A stretch of 64,000 nt of DNA, taken from NCBI GenBank assembly GCA_012840925.1, contig DUVS01000029.1, positions 56,376 through 120,375 on the forward strand, read 5' to 3'. Below are positions 1 to 8,706 of this stretch, piece after piece; the first letter of the stretch is position 1; the number at the start of each line of letters is the position of its first letter. Both the position numbers and the translations under genes were made by a program. This DNA comes from Bacillota bacterium. GTDB taxonomy: Bacteria > Bacillota > Limnochordia > Darwinibacteriales > DTU012. Under the pieces are notes generated by a model. That model saw nothing but the letters and a program-made list of their open reading frames with translations, did not search any database and was not told the DNA's origin.

Positions 1-1713
1 AAAGCAAAACTGCGAGCGCTTGTCATTAAACAAGATACGGTAGAAACTGAAACCGATCAGGAAGAACTCAATGGGGATCAGGTGAGGATAGACGTTAAGC
101 TTGATGATTATGATCGAGAGGTAGCCCAGCAGGCTTCCGCGGAAGGATACATCCCATATAAAATCTTTGTTACTTTACGTCCAAAAACACTCCTCAAGTC
201 GGTAAGGGTTTATACTGTATTTCAAGCGCTGGAAAACCTCGGCACTATTGTTAAGTGCAACCCTTCTGCCCAGGATCTTGAGAACGAACAGTTCGATCGT
301 GATTTTGTAGTCATTCTGCTCACAAGAGCTGACCAAAACACAATTAAGAATACGGTGGAGAATATCTCCGAAATTGAGAGTGTTTCCGTACAACCAATTG
401 AAACTGAATCCTCAGCTGCAGTTAAAAAGCTGCAGCCTGCTGCTGTCACTGTCTCTGCAGCAACTGAAGAGACATCGGCTCGCCAATCGGTTGAAGGAAA
501 AGAACAAATGGATCGCGTTTTTCAAGGTTATTCTCGCGGTGTGTACAGTGACAGGTTCATTCGTGTGGAAACCGACCGCCTGGACAGTTTAATCAATCTT
601 GTTGGCGAGTTGGTAATCAGCAAAACACAGGTAATGGAGATCGATTCTGAACTGCTCACAGATACAGCACGAAATGCGCTTGTGCAGCTTGACCGGGTTA
701 CCACCGAACTGCAATATGCCGCTATGAAGCTGCGAATGGTGCCTATCAAGCAAGTGTTTGATCGCTTCCCGCGCTTAGTTAGAGATTTTGCTCAAGCGGC
801 AGGCAAAAACATCAATCTGGAGATCTATGGAGAAGACACCGAACTGGATCGCTCGCTCGTAAATCAAATCGGGGATCCGTTGGTGCATCTGATTCGCAAC
901 AGCATCGACCATGGCATTGAAACTACGCAACAACGGCAAGCAGCAGGCAAGCCCACTCAAGCCACCTTAAGATTAAGTGCTTTTCACGAAGGCGGACATG
1001 TGATTATTCAAGTCTTCGACGACGGGCAGGGATTGGAGCTTAACCGGATCACCAAAATAGGGATCGAACGGGGCTTGATACCTTCTGATTTCGAAGGTGT
1101 CTTGACGATGGAACAGGCTATTGAGTTAATCTTCCAGCCAGGCTTCAGCACAAACGAGTTTGTCACTGATTTATCAGGACGCGGTGTCGGCATGGATGTT
1201 GTCAAAAGCATAGTTGAAGGATTGGGTGGACATGTGGAGGTCGAATCAAGTCCCGGAGAAGGTACCTGTGTAACGATTAAACTACCGCTGACTTTGGCGA
1301 TTATCAAAGCGTTATTGATTACATGCGGCGACCAGGTATATGCGTTACCCATCCAGTCTGTTCGGGAAAATCTGTTGGTCACTCGCTCTCAAATCAAGAC
1401 TGTGTCTCAACAGAGTGTGATTGTGCTGCGAAGTGAGATCCTCCCATTAGTCGATCTCGCCGAATCACTAGGATTTGAGCCCCCAGACCACGGAGACACT
1501 TTGACGGTTATTGTCGTGGAATCACATGGAGAAAAGACTGGTTTCATTGTAGATGACATAATCGGGCAACAGGAAATCGTGATCAAATCGCTGTCTGATT
1601 TCCTTGGCAATATTCGCGGTATCAGCGGTGCTACAGTATTGGGTAACGGAGAGGTAGCACTAATACTGGATCACAACACATTGATCAAAGGGAGGAATGA
1701 TGTCATTGGCTAA
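1..1713 (+). CDS. cheA: Chemotaxis histidine kinase CheA, 5'-truncated. The reading frame is open to base 1 and the HPt domain lies upstream of the window.
   Basis: Frame 1 has no stop from position 1. The translation shows a dimerisation segment (DRFIRVETDRLDSLINLVGELVI), HATPase_c motifs (HLIRNSIDHGIE, GRGVGMDVV, GEGTCV) and a C-terminal CheW-like domain. Confidence 0.9.
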   Translation, partial: KAKLRALVIKQDTVETETDQEELNGDQVRIDVKLDDYDREVAQQASAEGYIPYKIFVTLRPKTLLKSVRVYTVFQALENLGTIVKCNPSAQDLENEQFDRDFVVILLTRADQNTIKNTVENISEIESVSVQPIETESSAAVKKLQPAAVTVSAATEETSARQSVEGKEQMDRVFQGYSRGVYSDRFIRVETDRLDSLINLVGELVISKTQVMEIDSELLTDTARNALVQLDRVTTELQYAAMKLRMVPIKQVFDRFPRLVRDFAQAAGKNINLEIYGEDTELDRSLVNQIGDPLVHLIRNSIDHGIETTQQRQAAGKPTQATLRLSAFHEGGHVIIQVFDDGQGLELNRITKIGIERGLIPSDFEGVLTMEQAIELIFQPGFSTNEFVTDLSGRGVGMDVVKSIVEGLGGHVEVESSPGEGTCVTIKLPLTLAIIKALLITCGDQVYALPIQSVRENLLVTRSQIKTVSQQSVIVLRSEILPLVDLAESLGFEPPDHGDTLTVIVVESHGEKTGFIVDDIIGQQEIVIKSLSDFLGNIRGISGATVLGNGEVALILDHNTLIKGRNDVIG

Positions 1714-2068
1714 GACAGTCCTGATTACAGATGACACAGCTTTCATGCGGATGACATTGAGAAACGTTATTCAGAAGAATGGGTTTAATGTCGTTGGTGA
1801 AGCAGCTGATGGAGAAGAAGCTGTTAATAAATATAAAGAATTAAGGCCAGACCTGGTCACGATGGATATTACCATGCCTAAAATGGATGGGATTAGCGCA
1901 ATTAAGGAGATTATGAAGTTCGATTCTAATGCCAGAATCATTGTTTGCAGTGCTATGGGCCAAAAGCCGATGGTCATTGAAGCGCTGAATGCCGGAGCCC
2001 GGGATTTCCTAGTAAAACCTTTCGATGCGCAGAGGGTAATCGAAGCATTACACAAAGCTTCAAGTTAG
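1697..2068 (+). CDS. cheY: Chemotaxis response regulator CheY
   Basis: 123-aa single REC domain. Conserved residues include the acidic pair in LITDD, the phospho-acceptor Asp in VTMDITMP, and Lys in VKPF. An AGGGAGGA RBS lies just upstream. Confidence 0.85.
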   Translation: MMSLAKTVLITDDTAFMRMTLRNVIQKNGFNVVGEAADGEEAVNKYKELRPDLVTMDITMPKMDGISAIKEIMKFDSNARIIVCSAMGQKPMVIEALNAGARDFLVKPFDAQRVIEALHKASS

Positions 2069-2080
2069 GAGGTTTTACTA

Positions 2081-2683
2081 GTGAAAGAAAAACTGGATTT
2101 TTTGTCAGAGCTTGGCAGCATTGGCGCCAGTTATGCAACTACCTCTCTGTCAAAGATGCTCCACGATGCTAAGCTGAAGCTGACAGTGCCGCAATCACGA
2201 ATCCTCTCCTTTAGTGAAGCTGCAAACTTCATTCCAAATCCTGAAGAAATTGTTGTTTGTGTTTATATGCGAATGATTGACGCATTCGAAGCCAATATCG
2301 CTTTTATTTTGCCGCTTAAGAGCGCCCTTACCTTGGCTGAGTACTTAACTTCTGAAAAATCTGATCATATTACTGAGTTAGGTCAATCTGCATTGCTTGA
2401 GGTGGGTAATATCATGCTTGGTTCTTATCTAACGGCCTTGAGCATGCTGTCTGGGACAAAGCTAAATCCCGTTGTGCCGGCAATTGCTGTTGACATGAAC
2501 GGAGCAATCTGGGAAAGTATCCTGGCAGATGCCGGTATTACAGACTTTGTAACAGTCCTCGATACGCATTTTTCTACTGATCAGTTGGAATTATCCGGTC
2601 ATTTGTTTTTTATACCCGACCATGATTTTTATCAGTTCCTGACGCGAAAGGTTTCCGGTTTCTTGCTGGAGGAAAGTAAATGA
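2081..2683 (+). CDS. cheC: CheY-P phosphatase CheC
   Basis: 200 aa starting at GTG, with AGGAGG 9 nt upstream. It has two CheC-type repeats with E..N motifs (LLEVGNIMLGSYLTAL). Its position between cheY and cheD matches Firmicute che operons. Confidence 0.8.
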   Translation: MKEKLDFLSELGSIGASYATTSLSKMLHDAKLKLTVPQSRILSFSEAANFIPNPEEIVVCVYMRMIDAFEANIAFILPLKSALTLAEYLTSEKSDHITELGQSALLEVGNIMLGSYLTALSMLSGTKLNPVVPAIAVDMNGAIWESILADAGITDFVTVLDTHFSTDQLELSGHLFFIPDHDFYQFLTRKVSGFLLEESK

Positions 2684-3162
2684 ATGAAGTCTTCGTCAAC
2701 ATGGGTCAAATTGGTGTCTTAAGGGGCAAAGGGGTTTTAGTAACAGTTGGTTTAGGCTCGTGTGTGGGAGTCAGTCTTTACGATCCGAGTGCAAAGGTGG
2801 GTGCATTAGCCCATGTTTTTTTAGCCAAAAGCCGGGCTAATTCTGATCGGGAGCTTATGCCTGGAAAATATGCCGATACGGCGATACCGGCATTAATTGA
2901 CTTTGCAGTGAAAGCGGGGGCCAACCGGAACAAGTTTGAAGCCAAAATTGCAGGGGGTGCCCATCTGTTTGACAATCTGAGATCTGACATGCCTTCTGTC
3001 GGTCAGAAAAATGTCGAAGCAGTAATTGAGCAATTGAACAATTACAGCATTCCCATAACTGGAAAAGATGTCTTGGGAAAACGCGGTCGTAAAATGTCAC
3101 TGTATGTTGATTCAGGAATTGTTGTGGTTACTATTATTGGTCAAGAATCGATCCAGATCTGA
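2680..3162 (+). CDS. cheD: Chemoreceptor glutamine deamidase CheD
   Basis: 160 aa with an ATGA overlap onto the cheC stop. It has the CheD core GLGSCVGVSLYD with the catalytic Cys, and ALAHVFL. Confidence 0.85.
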   Translation: MNEVFVNMGQIGVLRGKGVLVTVGLGSCVGVSLYDPSAKVGALAHVFLAKSRANSDRELMPGKYADTAIPALIDFAVKAGANRNKFEAKIAGGAHLFDNLRSDMPSVGQKNVEAVIEQLNNYSIPITGKDVLGKRGRKMSLYVDSGIVVVTIIGQESIQI

Positions 3163-3172
3163 GGTGGGCACA

Positions 3173-4222
3173 ATGGCAATCAGAGTCTTAGTTGTGGATG
3201 ACAGCGCTTTTATGCGCAAACTAATCTCCGAGATTCTCAATGAACAGCCTGACATCGAAGTTGTTAGCACTGCACGAAACGGTCTTGATGCCCTGAAGAA
3301 GCTTGAGCGTTTTGAGGTGGATGTGGTCACTCTTGATTTGGAGATGCCTGTTTTGGACGGAGTTGCTACCATCGAGCGGATCATGGCCACCAATCCCTTA
3401 CCAATATTAGTAATCAGCAACTGGGCTGAACGCAGCTTTGAGGCCACGATTAATGCCCTATCCAAAGGGGCCGTGGACTTTATTGCCAAGCCATCGGGGA
3501 CTATCTCCCTTGACTTGCGTAAAATTGGCACTGAACTGGTTGAAAAAGTTCGTTCTCTGGCTGGAGTAGTTGTTTCAAAACCCGTGGCTCGAGCTGCCAT
3601 TCCAAAGTCAGGGGTAATCCGTCCCAGGCAGAGGACGAAAGCCAGGGCTGAAGTTAGCGACGTAGTAGTGGTGGTCGGCTCCTCCACAGGTGGGCCAAGA
3701 GCCCTTGAGGAGTTGTTTGTGCGGCTGCCTTCAACTATCGGTGCTGGGCTTTTGGTAGTACAGCATATGCCCAAGAATTTCACTCGTAGTTTAGCCATGC
3801 GCCTGGACGCTTTGTCTGATTTAGAAGTACGGGAAGCCCAGGATGGTGATACGATCAGAAATGGTCTGGCACTGGTTGCCCCTGGCGACTATCATCTGTT
3901 GATCGATCACAACAAGCAAGTACGCCTTAATCAGAGCCCTCCCGTAAAATATCTGCGCCCATCTATCGATGTTACAATGCTTAGCCTGATTGATATTTTC
4001 CAAGACCAAGTTGTTGGCGTCATCCTGACTGGCATGGGCAATGATGGCGCTGAAGGCATGGCCGCAATCAAGCATGCCGGCGGTTATACCATCATTCAAG
4101 ACGAGGCGACCTCGACTATTTTCAGCATGCCTAAGGCTGTGTTTGAACAAGGCAATGCTGATTACGTGCTGCCGATTGACAAAGTTGCCAATGTGATTAC
4201 CACATTGGTTAGCCAATTCTAG
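3173..4222 (+). CDS. cheB: Chemotaxis methylesterase/deamidase CheB
   Basis: An N-terminal REC domain (RVLVVDDSAFMRK, VTLDLEMP) is followed by a CheB methylesterase domain (GSSTGGPRAL, QHMP). The chosen ATG has a GAGGTGGG RBS. The ORF track's 3068 start overlaps cheD and is rejected. Confidence 0.9.
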   Translation: MAIRVLVVDDSAFMRKLISEILNEQPDIEVVSTARNGLDALKKLERFEVDVVTLDLEMPVLDGVATIERIMATNPLPILVISNWAERSFEATINALSKGAVDFIAKPSGTISLDLRKIGTELVEKVRSLAGVVVSKPVARAAIPKSGVIRPRQRTKARAEVSDVVVVVGSSTGGPRALEELFVRLPSTIGAGLLVVQHMPKNFTRSLAMRLDALSDLEVREAQDGDTIRNGLALVAPGDYHLLIDHNKQVRLNQSPPVKYLRPSIDVTMLSLIDIFQDQVVGVILTGMGNDGAEGMAAIKHAGGYTIIQDEATSTIFSMPKAVFEQGNADYVLPIDKVANVITTLVSQF

Positions 4223-4237
4223 TGGAGGATATAATTC

Positions 4238-4996
4238 ATGGATTACGAAGTATTCAAGGCCAGAGTTCGTGATCTGATCCAACTTGATCTCAGTTCCTAC
4301 AAACAACAACAGATGAAACGCCGCATTCTGCAGTGGATAGCCCGTCACGACCTTAATGATTTTGCGGGATTGTTTGATAAACTGAAAACTGACTCCAGCC
4401 ACCGGCGCGAGTTCATTGATTACTTGACGATCAATACATCCCATTTTTTCCGCGATCATAGTGTTTTTGACTTTCTAACCACCAAAATACTTCCGTCAAT
4501 TGCAGGCAATCGCGCCCGGATTTGGAGTGCAGGCTGCTCGATAGGTGCCGAACCATATTCCATTGCGATTTTAATGTTGGAAAATAAGCTTCCGTTTGCA
4601 GAAATTTTAGCTTCAGACATAGATGAGGATAGTCTTAAGAAGGCAAAAGCGGGGATATACTATCCAAATCAGGTGAGCCAGGTGCCGCCCAACTTGCTGG
4701 AACGTTATTTTACCACAACGAACGAACAATACTGCTTAAAGGATATTGTCAAGCGTCAGGTAAGGTTTTCCAGGCATAATCTGCTGACTGATAAATACGA
4801 ACAAGGTTTTGATCTGATTTTGTGCCGAAATGTCTTTATCTACTTTACCAGCGAGATTCAAAGCCGTTTGATCAAGCAGTTTGTCAATTCATTAAAACCC
4901 AATGGGTATTTTGTCGTCGGTTCAGCTGAGTTGATCATCAATCCAAATCTGTTTGGATTAGAACGTGTGAGTTATTGTATCTACCAGAAGTGCTAA
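4238..4996 (+). CDS. cheR: Chemotaxis methyltransferase CheR
   Basis: 252 aa with a CheR N-terminal helical domain (TSHFFRD) and a SAM-binding region (RIWSAGCSIGAEPYSIAI). A GGAGGA RBS is present. Confidence 0.9.
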   Translation: MDYEVFKARVRDLIQLDLSSYKQQQMKRRILQWIARHDLNDFAGLFDKLKTDSSHRREFIDYLTINTSHFFRDHSVFDFLTTKILPSIAGNRARIWSAGCSIGAEPYSIAILMLENKLPFAEILASDIDEDSLKKAKAGIYYPNQVSQVPPNLLERYFTTTNEQYCLKDIVKRQVRFSRHNLLTDKYEQGFDLILCRNVFIYFTSEIQSRLIKQFVNSLKPNGYFVVGSAELIINPNLFGLERVSYCIYQKC

Positions 4997-5018
4997 TTTG
5001 GTAAGGATGTGCTGTCAA

Positions 5019-6989
5019 ATGACCAAATCGGTGATTTTTCACGCTGAGACCGTTGAAAAAGCAATTGAGGCTGGTTTGAAACAGCTCGGTGTCGATCGCT
5101 CACAAGTGCGGATCGAAGTTCTTAGTGAGCCTAAAAAGAGCATTTTTGGCTTACCTACCAAATCAGCAACCGTAAGGCTGACCATTGTTGAGGACGATAA
5201 TAACGATGTTGAAGTAAAAGAAAATTCCGTGCCAACAGATGGAGCACTCTGGGTAGAAAGTGGTGAACTTAAATATGCACCGCCGCAAGACGGGGGAGAC
5301 CCCCCCATTCTCGTTTTTGATGATCTTGTAACGGTGTACTACAACGGGGTGCAGGGTAAGCACAGACTCGAACTTGACCAGGGTATTGAACCGCTGCAGC
5401 TGACTCTGCCTCAGGAACAACAGCCAAAAAAGGAATTGAAAGTTGTGGTCAGCTCAGACCAGCTTCAAGCCTATTTGCGAATCAACAGGGTTGGTGGGTA
5501 CAGATATTATTTGCTTGATCAACCACCATCGAAATTGTTGGAATTAAAACTGGACAGAGAAGTAACCCCTGCTCCCGAAATAACCACAGATGAGATTATG
5601 GCCTTGTTAAGGGATGCAGGAATCACATATGGATTTGACCTTCAAAAATTAAGAGCTCCTATCGCTGATGATGAGGATGAAATCCTGGTGGCCACCGGCA
5701 AAGCACCCGTTCAACCTCAGGATGGTTATGTTCAGTATGAATTTGATAAGTACCAGACTCAGCCTGATCTGGATGCGGACCGCATCGATTACTATGAATT
5801 AAAACCGATCCTGTCAGTTGAACGCGGAGCTGTTCTTGCCAAAAGGATCCCAGGTGTGCCTGGCGAAAATGGAATCAATGTGTATGGTAAAGAAATCCCT
5901 GTACCGAAAGCAAAGGAAAAGCCCATCCTCGTTGGTGACGGCGTCTACTTAAGTGACGACGAGCTCACTGCTTATGCAGAACGGGACGGTCTGCCGGTGC
6001 TCCAGAACGGCGTCCTGAAAGTGCTCAAGGTATTTGAGCTTGGCAAGGATGCAAACCTGCAAACAGGCAATATCCGCTTTAATGGTGAGATCATTATCCG
6101 CGGCAACGTCAGTGATCGCGTTAAAATTGAGGCTATATCTGGGGGAGTCCAAGTCTATGGTATCGTTGATCAGGCTGAGATTGAAGCCGATCGCGATGTG
6201 GTAGTTATGCGCAATGTTATTGCTGCACGGATCAAAGCAGGGGGACTTGGAGCAATATATACCAAAGTGTGCTCACACTTGCATGAATTGGAAAGCCAGT
6301 TTTTCCATCTTATTCAATCGTTTATGCTGGTTCATTCCCGGACCGGTATGGTTGATACCGGTTCTCTGATCAAGAACTTGATTGAAATCAAGTTCAACAA
6401 GATTCCTAAAATGATCTCAGACTTTGACACCGATTTTCAAGCAGCTATGAGTTCATTTCCACCAGATTTTCGCACCTTGATCCTGGAATTGAAATCCTAT
6501 TTTCTTGATCGGGGGCCGCTGAAAATCAAAGATATCAGCCTGGTCCGTCAGTTCGTAGAGCAAATGCAGTACTGGCAAACGCACTTCCAAACGAACGCTG
6601 ATCAAGGGGCAGACGTGCAACTAGGCTATCTGCAGAGCAGTTCGATTGAAGCCTCCGGAAAAGTCGTTGTCAATGGAAAAGGTGTTTACTACTCGTCGAT
6701 TGTGGCAGGGAAGGGTTACTATCAGCCGCGGGGAGTGTTTCGGAGCAGTCATGTCGTGGTGGAATCAGGAAATATTGATCTTAGGGAAATCGGAAGCCAG
6801 AGTGGTAGTGCTGCCAGTGCTTCCATTACCAACAAAGGGCAAATGATACTTAGATCTGTTTATCCAAATGTTACAGTGGCATATGGCAATCAAAAATACC
6901 GGTTCTTGCAGCCTGCAGCTAATGTGAAGGTGTTGTGGACTGAGGAAGACGGCATGGTTATCTATAGCGGCTCAAACAAGATACTGTAA
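5019..6989 (+). CDS. FapA/DUF342-family protein, a chemotaxis/flagellar-associated beta-helix protein
   Basis: The N-terminus has the DUF342/Jag-like signature (V.KAIE.GL..LGV.R..V.IEVL.EPKK..FG). The central part is a long repetitive beta-rich region. It is the last gene of the che operon. The 5019 start (AAGGA 11 nt upstream) is preferred over the TTG at 4998. Confidence 0.6.
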   Translation: MTKSVIFHAETVEKAIEAGLKQLGVDRSQVRIEVLSEPKKSIFGLPTKSATVRLTIVEDDNNDVEVKENSVPTDGALWVESGELKYAPPQDGGDPPILVFDDLVTVYYNGVQGKHRLELDQGIEPLQLTLPQEQQPKKELKVVVSSDQLQAYLRINRVGGYRYYLLDQPPSKLLELKLDREVTPAPEITTDEIMALLRDAGITYGFDLQKLRAPIADDEDEILVATGKAPVQPQDGYVQYEFDKYQTQPDLDADRIDYYELKPILSVERGAVLAKRIPGVPGENGINVYGKEIPVPKAKEKPILVGDGVYLSDDELTAYAERDGLPVLQNGVLKVLKVFELGKDANLQTGNIRFNGEIIIRGNVSDRVKIEAISGGVQVYGIVDQAEIEADRDVVVMRNVIAARIKAGGLGAIYTKVCSHLHELESQFFHLIQSFMLVHSRTGMVDTGSLIKNLIEIKFNKIPKMISDFDTDFQAAMSSFPPDFRTLILELKSYFLDRGPLKIKDISLVRQFVEQMQYWQTHFQTNADQGADVQLGYLQSSSIEASGKVVVNGKGVYYSSIVAGKGYYQPRGVFRSSHVVVESGNIDLREIGSQSGSAASASITNKGQMILRSVYPNVTVAYGNQKYRFLQPAANVKVLWTEEDGMVIYSGSNKIL

Positions 6990-7005
6990 TAGACGGAGGA
7001 CTTGC

Positions 7006-7512
7006 ATGAACACCAATCGCACAAGCAAACTGGTATATCTTGGCCTGATGGTAGGGATTGCCATGGCCTTGCATATCGCCGAGTCGTTAATTCCAATCCC
7101 AACACCCGTACCCGGTGCCAAACTGGGGCTGGCGAACATAGCAGCCCTATATGTTATCGTTAAGTTTGGCCCAAAGGAAGCGGTGGTTGTAACTGTATTG
7201 CGAACCTTTCTAGGATCATTGTTTGGTGCTGGCCTGTTTACGCCCACTTTTTTTCTTAGTTTTTTCGGTGGTCTAATCAGCACAATCGTCATGGGAGTTG
7301 GTTTTCAGCTGTTCGCCAATCAGTTCAGTATCATCGGGCTAAGTGTCCTGGGGGCGTTGACCCATAACTTGACTCAATTGGCTGTAGCCAGTCTGATGTT
7401 TGAACAGATTGGGTTTTTTTATCTCTTGCCGTACCTATTGTTTTATGCGCTGCCAACAGGATTCTTCGTGGGAATTGTCACTCAGCAGTTGATCAGAAAA
7501 ATTCGTTTTTGA
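7006..7512 (+). CDS. Membrane protein of the heptaprenyl-diphosphate-synthase-component-I-like (Hpre_diP_synt_I) / Gx transporter family
   Basis: 168 aa with 4-5 TM segments, the family-typical KLGLANI motif, GG/SxxG-rich helices and HNLTQLAVAS. A GGAGGA RBS is present. Confidence 0.6.
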   Translation: MNTNRTSKLVYLGLMVGIAMALHIAESLIPIPTPVPGAKLGLANIAALYVIVKFGPKEAVVVTVLRTFLGSLFGAGLFTPTFFLSFFGGLISTIVMGVGFQLFANQFSIIGLSVLGALTHNLTQLAVASLMFEQIGFFYLLPYLLFYALPTGFFVGIVTQQLIRKIRF

Positions 7513-7893
7513 TCACAGGACATTTTGCATGTTAAACATTTCATTGCGGTAGATATGACTGAAATGCATATCCAGTGCAGCCAGTTCCGCCAGCGCAGAA
7601 GCTTCGTCCTTGGAGTTGATAAAGCTTACCATCCGGGCGATGGTAATTTCAATGTTTTCAATATCGGTATGGAAGATATATAAATCCCAGTGATCTTGGA
7701 TCTGATTCCATTGTTTTTGAAGCCCCATAGCCTGCTTCTGTGCATCAGACCATTTGGCTTCACTGATTAATGCTCGAAGATTGGCCAGTTCATACCGATA
7801 TTGATTGATGCGGTCAAGAGTTTGGTGGGTGATGTAGATACTCACAAAAAGGAAAATCCCTATCAGAATTGCTGACCCCAACAACAATTTCAT
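7513..7893 (-). CDS. DUF4363-family protein, a partner of YetF/DUF421
   Basis: 126 aa with an N-terminal TM segment and then a helical domain. It lies immediately downstream of a DUF421 gene on the same strand, which is a common Firmicute pairing. Confidence 0.5.
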   Translation of the reverse strand: MKLLLGSAILIGIFLFVSIYITHQTLDRINQYRYELANLRALISEAKWSDAQKQAMGLQKQWNQIQDHWDLYIFHTDIENIEITIARMVSFINSKDEASALAELAALDMHFSHIYRNEMFNMQNVL

Positions 7894-7895
7894 TA

Positions 7896-8621
7896 TTACT
7901 GCTCCTTTCGGGTTTGAAAAAACAACTTTCCTTGTGTATCCAAGCTGGCGATGAACACGTCTTTTACATCAGTGATGCTGAATTTTGCCAACTCATTGAC
8001 CAGCCAGGCTGCGCTTAAGTTAACCTCCGCCAAATTGTCGTATTGAATTTTCCCATCAAGAACCAAGGGTACAGGTAAACCCTCATACTGCGTGTCGATG
8101 TTCAAATCGGCAGGCGTCGCTGGCCGTTTTTGTGATTTTGGTATTACACTTAAATTGCCGCTGGTTTCCAGGATAGCAAACTCAACATCGGCAATGTTGG
8201 CGTATCCTTTCACACGAAGCTGTTCCAGCAGTTCATTGATGTTGTATCGAGCCTTTGTAAGCTCATTAATGTCGAGTTTGCCATTCCGGACTACAATACT
8301 TGGATTGCCGTCCATGAAGGACCGAAACCATAAGCATTTCATATTAATATACGAAATGCATACTTGGATAAAAAACAGGGTGAAAATGGGAACTAGGCCG
8401 TTAATGAGTGGTATAGCTTTATCTTCCATGGGAATTGCCGCAAGTTCGGCAATCATAATAGCAACAACCAACTCGTAAGGTTCCAGCTGGCCGATTTGCC
8501 GTTTGCCCATGAGCCGCATTAACACTACAACCACGATGTAGATGATAAACGTCCGCACAAAAACAATTAACACATATAAACCTCCCTGAAACCGCAACCT
8601 ACTACTGTTACTTATCTTCAA
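7896..8621 (-). CDS. DUF421 (YetF/YdfS-like) membrane protein
   Basis: N-terminal TM helices containing MRLMGKRQIGQLEPYELVVAIMIAELAA, which is the YetF signature R..GKR..SQLT.FD. The C-terminus is a soluble domain. The start codon is uncertain, and the annotated one is TTG. Confidence 0.65.
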   Translation of the reverse strand: MKISNSSRLRFQGGLYVLIVFVRTFIIYIVVVVLMRLMGKRQIGQLEPYELVVAIMIAELAAIPMEDKAIPLINGLVPIFTLFFIQVCISYINMKCLWFRSFMDGNPSIVVRNGKLDINELTKARYNINELLEQLRVKGYANIADVEFAILETSGNLSVIPKSQKRPATPADLNIDTQYEGLPVPLVLDGKIQYDNLAEVNLSAAWLVNELAKFSITDVKDVFIASLDTQGKLFFQTRKEQ

Positions 8622-8706
8622 TTATGATCAAATCGTGTGTTATTATTCCAGCAGGAAAAATTGGATTAGACCAGAATTAATCAGCGAAGAGGAGGTCAAC
8701 AGGTTT

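Noticed and set aside
3068-3172. Upstream extension of the cheB ORF (ORF-track start at 3068) overlapping cheD by ~95 nt
   Set aside because: The extension has no RBS and runs through cheD coding sequence. The ATG at 3173 has a GAGGTGGG RBS and yields the canonical REC-domain N-terminus.
3112-3798. Long antisense ORFs inside genes (e.g. 3112-3798, 8872-9522, 12439-12888, 30952-31356, 49339-49815, 62246-62611)
   Set aside because: They lie entirely within well-supported genes on the opposite strand and have no RBS. Their amino-acid composition (S/T/R/P-rich) is typical of shadow frames.
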